Positions 1-10,342 of a stretch of DNA of 64,000 nt are shown one piece after another. Position 1 is the first letter of the stretch; every line of letters begins with the position of its first letter. Under the pieces are notes generated by a model. The model was not told the DNA's origin. It saw only the letters and a program-made list of their open reading frames with translations, and searched no databases. The stretch is taken from assembly GCA_040954595.2 (NCBI GenBank), contig CM082577.2, positions 7,403,846 through 7,467,845 on the forward strand. The letters are read 5' to 3'. The translations under genes and the position numbers were made by a program. Origin of the DNA: Balanoglossus misakiensis. Lineage: Eukaryota > Animalia > Hemichordata.

Positions 1-3000
1 AAAATCGTCCAAAAATGACAATTTCTCGACTTTCCGAAATATCAAAATTTCTTCATTTTTTCGAAAAAACCATGGGTTATAGCCCATGAAAATCGTTCAA
101 AAATGACAATTTTTCGACTTTCCGAAATATCAAAATTTCTTCATTTTTTCGAGAAAAAAACCATGGGTTATAGCCCATGAAAATCGTCCAAAAATGACAA
201 TTTTTCGACTTTCCGAAATATCAAAATTTCTTCATTTTTTCGAAAAAACCATGGGTTATAGCCCATGAAAATCGTTCAAAAATGACAATTTTTCGACTTT
301 CCGAAATATCAAAATTTCTTCATTTTTTCGAAAAAACCATGGGTTATAGCCCATGAAAATCGTCCAAAAATGACAATTTTTCGACTTTCCGAAATATCAA
401 AATTTCTTCATTTTTTCGAAAAAAACATGGGTTATAGCCCATGAAAATCGTCCAAAAATGACAATTTTTCGACTTTCCGAAATATCAAAATTTCTTCATT
501 TTTTCGAGAAAAAAAAACATGGGTTATAGCCCATGAAAATCGTTCAAAAATGACAATTTTTCGACTTTCCGAAATATCAAAATTTCTTCATTTTTTCGAG
601 AAAAAAACCATGGGTTATAGCCCATGAAAATCGTCCAAAAATGACAATTTTTCGACTTTCCGAAATATCAAAATTTCTTCATTTTTTCGAAAAAACCATG
701 GGTTATAGCCCATGAAAATCGTTCAAAAATGACAATTTTTCGACTTTCCGAAATATCAAAATTTCTTCATTTTTTCGAAAAAAACATGGGTTATAGCCCA
801 TGAAAATCGTCCAAAAATGACAATTTTTCGACTTTCCGAAATATCAAAATTTCTTCATTTTTTCGAAAAAACCATGGGTTATAGCCCATGAAAATCGTCC
901 AAAAATGACAATTTTTCGACTTTCCGAAATATCAAAATTTCTTCATTTTTTCGAAAAAACCATGGGTTATAGCCCATGAAAATCGTCCAAAAATGACAAT
1001 TTTTCGACTTTCCGAAATATCAAAATTTCTTCATTTTTTCGAAAAAAACATGGGTTATAGCCCATGAAAATCGTCCAAAATGACAATTTTTCGACTTTCC
1101 GAAATATCAAAATTTCTTCATTTTTTCGAAAAAAAAAAACATGGGTTATAGCCCATGAAAATCGTCCAAAAATGACAATTTTTCGACTTTCCGAATTATC
1201 AAAATTTCTTCATTTTTTCGAAAAAACCATGGGTTAGAGCCCATGAAAATCGTCCAAAAATGACAATTTTTGGACTTTCCGAAATATCAAAATTTCTTCA
1301 TTTTTTCGAAAAAACCATGGGTTATAGCCCATGAAAATCGTCCAAAAATGACAATTTTTCGACTTTCCGAAATATCAAAATTTCTTCATTTTTTCGAAAA
1401 AAACATGGGTTATAACCCATGAAAATCGTCCAAAAATGACAATTTTTCGACTTTCCGAAATATCAAAATTTCTTCATTTTTCGAAAAAACCATGGGTTAT
1501 AGCCCATGAAAATCGTCCAAAAATGACAATGCTGCGACTTTCCGAAATATCAAAATTTCTTCATTTTTTCGAAAAAACCATGGGTTATAGCCCATGAAAA
1601 TCGTCCAAAATGACAATTCTTCGACTTTCCGAAATATCAAAATTTCTTCATTTTTTCGAAAAAACCATGGGTTATAGCCCATGAAAATCGTCCAAAAATG
1701 ACAATTTTTCGACTTTCCGAAATATCAAAATTTCTTCATTTTTTCGAAAAAAACATGGGTTATAGCCCATGAAAATCGTCCAAAAATGACAATTTTTCGA
1801 CTTTCCGAAATATCAAAATTTCATTTTTTTGAAAAAACCATGGGTTATAGCCCATGAAAATCGTCCAAAAATGACAATTCTTCGACTTTCCGAAATATCA
1901 AAATTTCTTCATTTTTTCGAAAAAACCATGGGTTATAGCCCATGAAAATCGTCCAAAAATGACAATTCTTCGACTTTCCGAAATATCAAAATTTCTTCAT
2001 TTTTTCGAAAAAACCATGGGTTATAGCCCATGAAAATCGTCCAAAAATGACAATTCTTCGACTTTCCGAAATATCAAAATTTATTCATTTTTTCGAAAAA
2101 ACCATGGGTTATAGCCCATGAAAATCGTCCAAAAATGACAATTCTTCGACTTTCCGAAATATCAAAATTTCTTCATTTTTTCGAAAAAAACATGGGTTAT
2201 AGCCCATGAAAATCGTCCAAAAATGACAATTTTTCGACTTTCCGAAATATCAAAATTTCTTCATTTTTTCGAAAAAAACATGGGTTATAGCCCATGAAAA
2301 TCGTCCAAAAATGACAATTTTTCGACTTTCCGAATTATCAAAATTTCTTCATTTTTTCGAAAAAAACCATGGGTTATAGCCCATGAAAATCGTCCAAAAA
2401 TGACAATTTTTCGACTTTCCGAAATATCAAAATTTCTTCATTTTTTCGAAAAAAACATGGGTTATAGCCCATGAAAATCGTCCAAAAATGACAATTTTTC
2501 GACTTTCCGAAATATCAAAATTTCTTCATTTTTTCGAGAAAAAAAAACATGGGTTATAGCCCATGAAAATCGTTCAAAAATGACAATTTTTCGACTTTCC
2601 GAAATATCAAAATTTCTTCATTTTTTCGAGAAAAAAACCATGGGTTATAGCCCATGAAAATCGTCCAAAAATGACAATTTTTCGACTTTCCGAAATATCA
2701 AAATTTCTTCATTTTTTCGAAAAAACCATGGGTTATAGCCCATGAAAATCGTTCAAAAATGACAATTTTTCGACTTTCCGAAATATCAAAATTTCTTCAT
2801 TTTTTCGAAAAAAACATGGGTTATAGCCCATGAAAATCGTCCAAAAATGACAATTTTTCGACTTTCCGAAATATCAAAATTTCTTCATTTTTTCGAAAAA
2901 ACCATGGGTTATAGCCCATGAAAATCGTCCAAAAATGACAATTTTTCGACTTTCCGAAATATCAAAATTTCTTCATTTTTTCGAAAAAACCATGGGTTAT

Positions 3001-6000
3001 AGCCCATGAAAATCGTCCAAAAATGACAATTTTTCGACTTTCCGAAATATCAAAATTTCTTCATTTTTTCGAAAAAAACATGGGTTATAGCCCATGAAAA
3101 TCGTCCAAAATGACAATTTTTCGACTTTCCGAAATATCAAAATTTCTTCATTTTTTCGAAAAAAAAAAACATGGGTTATAGCCCATGAAAATCGTCCAAA
3201 AATGACAATTTTTCGACTTTCCGAATTATCAAAATTTCTTCATTTTTTCGAAAAAACCATGGGTTAGAGCCCATGAAAATCGTCCAAAAATGACAATTTT
3301 TGGACTTTCCGAAATATCAAAATTTCTTCATTTTTTCGAAAAAACCATGGGTTATAGCCCATGAAAATCGTCCAAAAATGACAATTTTTCGACTTTCCGA
3401 AATATCAAAATTTCTTCATTTTTTCGAAAAAAACATGGGTTATAACCCATGAAAATCGTCCAAAAATGACAATTTTTCGACTTTCCGAAATATCAAAATT
3501 TCTTCATTTTTTCGAAAAAACCATGGGTTATAGCCCATGAAAATCGTCCAAAAATGACAATTTTTCGACTTTCCGAAATATCAAAATTTCTTCATTTTTT
3601 CGAAAAAACCATGGGTTATAGCCCATTAAATCGTCCAAAAATGACAATTCTTCGACTTTCCGAAATATCAAAATTTCTTCATTTTTTCGAAAAAACCATG
3701 GGTTATAGCCCATGAAAATCGTCCAAAAATGACAATTTTTCGACTTTCCGAAATATCAAAATTTCTTCATTTTTTCGAAAAAAACATGGGTTATAGCCCA
3801 TGAAAATCGTCCAAAAATGACAATTTTTCGACTTTCCAAATTAACAAAATTTTTTCATTTTTTCGAAAAAAACCATGGGTTATAGCCCATGAAAATCGTC
3901 CAAAAATGACAGTTTTTCGACTTTCCGAAATATCAAAATTTCTTCATTTTTTCGAAAAAACCATGGGTTATAGCCCATGAAAATCGTCCAAAAATGACAA
4001 TTTTTCGACTTTCCGAAATATCAAAATTTCTTCATTTTTCGAAAAAACCATGGGTTATAGCCCATGAAAATCGTCCAAAAATGACAATTTTTCAACTTTC
4101 CGAAATATCAAAATTTCTTCATTTTTTCGAAAAAAACATGGTTTATAGCCCATGAAAATCGTCCAAAAATGACAATTTTTCGACTTTCCGAAATATCAAA
4201 ATTTCTTCATTTTTTCGAAAAAAACATGGGTTATAGCCCATGAAAATCGTCCAAAAATGACAATTTTTCGACTTTCCGAATTATCAAAATTTCTTCATTT
4301 TTTCGAAAAAACCATGGGTTAGAGCCCATGAAAATCGTCCAAAATTGACAATTTTTCGACTTTCCGAAATATCAAAATTTCTTCATTTTTTCGAAAAAAC
4401 AATGGGTTATAGCCCATGAAAATCGTCCAAAAATGAGTTTTTCGACTTTCCGAAATAACAAAATTTCTTCATTTTTTCGAAAAAACCATGGGTTATAGCC
4501 CATGAAAATCGTCCAAAATGACAATTTTTCGACTTTCTGAAATATCAAAATTTCTTCATTTTTTCGAAAAAAACATGGGTTATAGCCCATGAAAATCGTT
4601 CAAAAATGACAATTTTTCGACTTTCCGAAATATCAAAATTTCTTCATTTTTTCGAGAAAAAAAACATGGGTTATAGCCCATGAAAATCGTCCAAAAATGA
4701 CAATTTTTCGACTTTCCGAAATATCAAAATTTCTTCATTTTTTCGAAAAAACCATGGGTTATAGCCCATGAAAATCGTCCAAAAATGACCATTTTTGGAC
4801 TATCCGAAATATCAAAATTTCTTCATTTTTTCGAAAAAACCATGGGTTACAGCCCATGAAAATCGTCCAAAAATGACAATTTTTCAACTTTCCGAAATAT
4901 CAAAATTTCTTTATTTTTTCGAAAAAAACATGGGTTATAGCCCATGAAAATCGTCCAAAAATGACAATTTTTCGACTTTCCGAAATATCAAAATTTCTTC
5001 ATTTTTTCGAAAAAAACATGGGTTATAGCCCATGAAAATCTTCCAAAAATGACGATTTTTCGACTTTCCGAAATATCAAAATTTCTTCATTTTTTCGAAA
5101 AAAACATGGGTTATAGCCCATGAAAATCGTCCAAAAATGACAATTTTTCGACTTTTCGAATAATCAAAATTTCTTCATTTTTTCGAAAAAACCATGGGTT
5201 ATAGCCTATGAAAATCGTCCAAAAATGACAATTTTTCGACTTTCCGAAATATCAAAATTTCTTCATTTTTCGAAAAAACCATGGGTTATAGCCCATGAAA
5301 ATCGTCCAAAAATGACAATGCTGCGACTTTCCGAAATATCAAAATTTCTTCATTTTTTCGAAAAAACCATGGGTTATAGCCCATGAAAATCGTCCAAAAT
5401 GACAATTCTTCGACTTTCCGAAATATCAAAATTTCTTCATTTTTTCGAAAAAACCATGGGTTATAGCCCATGAAAATCGTCCAAAAATGACAATTTTTCG
5501 ACTTTCCGAAATATCAAAATTTCTTCATTTTTTCGAAAAAAACATGGGTTATAGCCCATGAAAATCGTCCAAAAATGACAATTTTTCGACTTTCCGAAAT
5601 ATCAAAATTTCATTTTTTTGAAAAAACCATGGGTTATAGCCCATGAAAATCGTCCAAAAATGACAATTCTTCGACTTTCCGAAATATCAAAATTTCTTCA
5701 TTTTTTCGAAAAAACCATGGGTTATAGCCCATGAAAATCGTCCAAAAATGACAATTCTTCGACTTTCCGAAATATCAAAATTTCTTCATTTTTTCGAAAA
5801 AACCATGGGTTATAGCCCATGAAAATCGTCCAAAAATGACAATTCTTCGACTTTCCGAAATATCAAAATTTATTCATTTTTTCGAAAAAACCATGGGTTA
5901 TAGCCCATGAAAATCGTCCAAAAATGACAATTCTTCGACTTTCCGAAATATCAAAATTTCTTCATTTTTTCGAAAAAAACATGGGTTATAGCCCATGAAA

Positions 6001-6805
6001 ATCGTCCAAAAATGACAATTTTTCGACTTTCCGAAATATCAAAATTTCTTCATTTTTTCGAAAAAAACATGGGTTATAGCCCATGAAAATCGTCCAAAAA
6101 TGACAATTTTTCGACTTTCCGAATTATCAAAATTTCTTCATTTTTTCGAAAAAAACATGGGTTATAGCCCATGAAAATCGTCCAAAAATGACAATTTTTC
6201 GACTTTCCGAAATATCAAAATTTCTTCATTTTTTCGAAAAAAACATGGGTTATAGCCCATGAAAATCGTCCAAAAATGACAATTTTTCGACTTTCCGAAT
6301 TATCAAAATTTCTTCATTTTTTCGAAAAAAACCATGGGTTATAGCCCATGAAAATCGTCCAAAAATGACAATTTTTCGACTTTCCGAAATATCAAAATTT
6401 CTTCATTTTTTCGAAAAAACCATGGGTTATAGCCCATGAAAATCGTCCAAAAATGACAATTTTTCGACTTTCCGAAATATCAAAATTTCTTCATTTTTTC
6501 GAAAAAACCATGGGTTATAGCCCATGAAAATCGTCCCAAAATGACAATTTTTCGACTTTCCGAAATATCAAAATTTCTTCATTTTTTCGAAAAAACCATG
6601 GGTTATAGCCCATGAAAATCGTCCAAAAATGACAATTTTTCGACTTTCCGAAATATCAAAATTTCTTCACTTTTTCGAAAAAAACATGGGTTATAGCCCA
6701 TGAAAATCGTCCAAAAATGACAATTCTTCGAATTTCCGATTTATCAAAATTTCTTCATTTTTTCGAAAAAACCATGGGTTATAGCCCATGAAAATCGTCC
6801 AAAAT
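1..6805 (+). repeat. Satellite array, 88-bp monomer A, forward orientation (~77 copies; runs off the window's left edge)
   Basis: Tandem consensus ATGAAAATCGTCCAAAAATGACAATTTTTCGACTTTCCGAAATATCAAAATTTCTTCATTTTTTCGAAAAAACCATGGGTTATAGCCC; period 88 (copy 2 starts at 89). Confidence 0.98.
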
Positions 6806-7768
6806 TTTGTTATTTCGGAAAGTCGAAAAATTGTCATTTTTGGACGATTTTCATGGGCTATAACCCATGTTTTTTTCGAAAAAATGAAGAAATTTTGATA
6901 TTTCGGAAAGTCGAAAAATTGTCATTTTTGGACGATTTTCATGGGCTATAACCCATGTTTTTTTCGAAAAAATGAAGAAATTTTGATATTTCGGAAAGTC
7001 GAAAAATTGTCATTTTTGGACGATTTTCATGGGCTATAACCCATGGTTTTTTCGAAAAAATGAAGAAATTTTGATATTTCGGAAAGTCGAAAAATTGTCA
7101 TTTTTGGACGATTTTCATGGGCTATAACCCATGGTTTTTTCGAAAAAATGAAGAAATTTTGATATTTCGGAAAGTCGAAGAATTGTCATTTTTGGACGAT
7201 TTTCATGGGCTATAACCCATGGTTTTTTCGAAAAAATAAAGAAATTTTGATATTTCGGAAAGTCGAAGAATTGTCATTTTTGGACGATTTTCATGGGCTA
7301 TAACCCATGTTTTTTTCGAAAAAATGAAGAAATTTTGATATTTCGGAAAGTCGAAAAATTGTCATTTTTGGACGATTTTCATGGGCTATAACCCATGGTT
7401 TTTTTCGAAAAAATGAAGAAATTTTGATAATTCGGAAAGTCGAAAAATTGTCACTTTTGGACGATTTTCATGGGCTATAACCCATGTTTTTTCGAAAAAA
7501 TGAAGAAATTTTGATATTTCGGAAAGTCGAAAAATTGTCATTTTTGGACGATTTTCATGGGCTATAACCCATGGTTTTTTCGAAAAAATGAAGAAATTTT
7601 GATATTTCGGAAAGTCGAAGAATTGTCATGTTTGGACGATTTTCATGGGCTATAACCCATGGTTTTTTCGAAAAAATGAAGAAATTTTGATATTTCGGAA
7701 AGTCGAAGAATTGTCATTTTTGGACGATTTTCATGGGCTATAACCCATGGTTTTTTTCGAAAAAATGA
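6801..7768 (-). repeat. Satellite monomer A, inverted block 1 (~11 copies)
   Basis: Reverse complement of monomer A, starting at the AAAAT junction 6801-6805. Confidence 0.97.
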
Positions 7769-8095
7769 TGAAAATTGTCAAAAATGACAAATTCCCGACT
7801 TTGGAAACTTTGGTGAATTTGTCATTTTTGGACATTTCTCATGGGTTATAGCTCACGAAAATGGTCAAAAAATGACAAATTCCCGACTTTGGAAACTTTG
7901 GTGAATTTGTCATTTTTGGACATTATTCATGGGTTATAGCTCATGAAAATTGTCAAAACTGACAAATTCCCGACTTTCGAAACTTTGGTGAATTTGTCAC
8001 TTTTGGACATTTTTCATGGGTTATAGCTCACGAATATTGTCAAAAATGACAAATCCCCGACTTTGGAAACTTCGGTGAATTTGTCATTTTTGGAC
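7768..8095 (+). repeat. Satellite monomer B (87 bp), short block (~3.8 copies)
   Basis: ATGAAAATTGTCAAAAATGACAAATTCCCGACTTTGGAAACTTTGGTGAATTTGTCATTTTTGGACATTTTTCATGGGTTATAGCTC units. Confidence 0.95.
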
Positions 8096-8754
8096 GATTT
8101 TCATGGGCTATAACCCATGGTTTTTTCGAAAAAATGAAGAAATTTTGATATTTCGGAAAGTCGAAGAATTGTCATTTTTGGACGATTTTCATGGGCTATA
8201 ACCCATGGTTTTTTCGAAAAAATGAAGAAATTTTGATATTTCGGAAAATCGAAGAATTGTCATTTTTGGACGATTTTCATGGGCTATAACCCATGATTTT
8301 TTCGAAAAATGAAGAAATTTTGATATTTCGGAAAGTCGAAAATTTGTCATTTTTGGACGATTTTCATGGGCTATAACCCATGTTTTTTTCGAAAAAATGA
8401 AGAAATTTTGATATTTCGGAAAGTCGAAAAATTGTCATTTTTGGACGATTTTCATGTGCTATAACCCATGGTTTTTTCGAAAAAATGAAGAAATTTTGTT
8501 ATTTCGGAAAGTCGAAAAATTGTCATTTTTGGACGATTTTCATGGACTATAACCCATGGTTTTTTCGAAAAAATGAAGAAATTTTGATATTTCGGAAAGT
8601 CGAAAAATTGTCATTTTTGGACGATTTTCATGGGCTATAACCCATGGTTTTTTCGAAAAAATGAAGAAATTTTGATATTTCGGAAAGTCGAAAAACTGTC
8701 ATTTTTGGACGATTTTCATGGGCTATAACCCATGGTTTTTTTTCGAAAAAATGA
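8081..8754 (-). repeat. Satellite monomer A, inverted block 2 (~7.7 copies)
   Basis: Reverse-complement A units resume through the TTGTCATTTTTGGAC tract shared with B (8081-8095). Confidence 0.95.
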
Positions 8755-9915
8755 TGAAAATTGTCAAAAATGACAAATTCCCGACTTTGGAAACTTTGGT
8801 GAATTTGTCATTTTTGGACATTTTTCATGGGTTATAGCTCACGAAAATGGTCAAAAATGACAAATTCCCGATTTTGGAAACTTTGGTGAATTTGTCATTT
8901 TTGGACATTATTCATGGGTTATAGCTCATGAAAATTGTCAAAACTGACAAATTCCCGACTTTGGAAACTTTGGTGAATTTGTCACTTTTGGACATTTTTC
9001 ATGGGTTATAGCTCACGAATATTGTCAAAAATGACAAATCCCCGACTTTGGAAACTTCGGTGAATTTGTCATTTTCGGACATTTTTCATGGGTTATAGCT
9101 CACGAAAATTGTCAAAAATGACAAATTCCCGACTTTGGAAACTTTGGTGAATTTGTCATTTTCGGACATTTTTCATGGGTTATAGCTCACGAAAATTGCC
9201 AAACAATGACAAATTCCCGACTTTGGAAACTTTGGTGAATTTGTCATTTTTGGACATTTTTCATGGGTTATAGCTCATGAAAATTGTCAAAACTGACAAA
9301 TTCCCGACTTTGGAAACTTTGGTGAATTTGTCATTTTTGGACATTTTTCATGGGTTATAGCTCACGAAAATGGTCAAAAATGACAAATTCCCGATTTTGG
9401 AAACTTTGGTGAATTTGTCATTTTTGGACATTATTCATGGGTTATAGCTCATGAAAATTGTCAAAACTGACAAATTCCCGACTTTGGAAACTTTGGTGAA
9501 TTTGTCACTTTTGGACATTTTTCATGGGTTATATAGCTCACGAATATTGTCAAAAATGACAAATCCCCGACTTTGGAAACTTCGGTGAATTTGTCATTTT
9601 CGGACATTTTTCATGGGTTATAGCTCACGAAAATTGTCAAAAATGACAAATTCCCGACTTTGGAAACTTTGGTGAATTTGTCACTTTTGGACATTTTTCA
9701 TGGGTTATAGCTCACGAATATTGTCAAAAATGACAAATCCCCGACTTTGGAAACTTCGGTGAATTTGTCATTTTCGGACATTTTTCATGGGTTATAGCTC
9801 ACGAAAATTGTCAAAAATGACAAATTCCCGACTTTGGAAACTTTGGTGAATTTGTCATTTTCGGACATTTTTCATGGGTTATAGCTCACGAAAATTGCCA
9901 AACAATGACAAATTC
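8754..9915 (+). repeat. Satellite monomer B (87 bp), main block (~13 copies)
   Basis: Period 87 (8761 to 8848); ends at ...AATGACAAATTC 9915. Confidence 0.96.
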
Positions 9916-10025
9916 TTGACCAATACTCTGATAACCACGTGGTGTAAGTGTAAGTATAGTTGAGCAGATGCAACCAAACCCTAATTGTGTTCACCAACTC
10001 TTCTTCTTTTCTCTCTCACGCACAG

Positions 10026-10342
10026 CCGTACAAGCGCAAATCCTGTCCCGGGAGCAGACGAACGAGTGGGTGAAATTTACAATAAACATAATGACAGTGT
10101 ACAAACACGGCCAGAAGAAGCTGCGACGAGGTGACCAGAATCTCTTCGTCCACATGAATGACTTGAACTGCAAATGTCCGAAGCTTCGGCTCTCTAAGGA
10201 CTATCTCATCATCGGCGACGACCACAAGAACGGCAACCTCAACGGACTTGTGGTGGACAGTAAAAGTTACGTCATCCCATGGCGGGACGACTGGAACCGA
10301 CGGATGCGAAAATTACAAAGAAAAGCCAGAAAGTCGTGCTAA
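10026..10342 (+). CDS. NTN1: Netrin (netrin-1/UNC-6 family), terminal coding exon, C345C/NTR domain; upstream exons lie outside the window
   Basis: Acceptor TTCTTCTTTTCTCTCTCACGCACAG at 10025 (phase 1). Peptide AVQAQILSRE...KFTINIMTVYK...RRGDQ...CKCPKL...VIPWRDDWNRRMRKLQ...C* is collinear with the netrin-1 C-terminus as I recall it (YAVQ...WKFTVNIISVYK...RRGDQ...CKCPKI...VIQWRDTWARRLRKFQ). Confidence 0.93.

Noticed and set aside
59-78. CENP-B-box-like TTCG...GGG in monomer A
   Set aside because: It lacks CGGG at the required spacing (TTCGAAAAAACCATGGG).
1497-5471. Repeated MGYNPWFFRKNEE ORFs
   Set aside because: Translations of the satellite; they open only where a 1-bp indel shifts the 88-bp period.
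1-9915. CRISPR-like array of palindromic repeats
   Set aside because: Monomers are contiguous with no unique spacers, there are no cas genes, and the context is eukaryotic.
9968-10025. ATG-initiated 124-aa ORF as a stand-alone gene
   Set aside because: The first 19 codons are intronic (pyrimidine tract); netrin homology starts at the acceptor.
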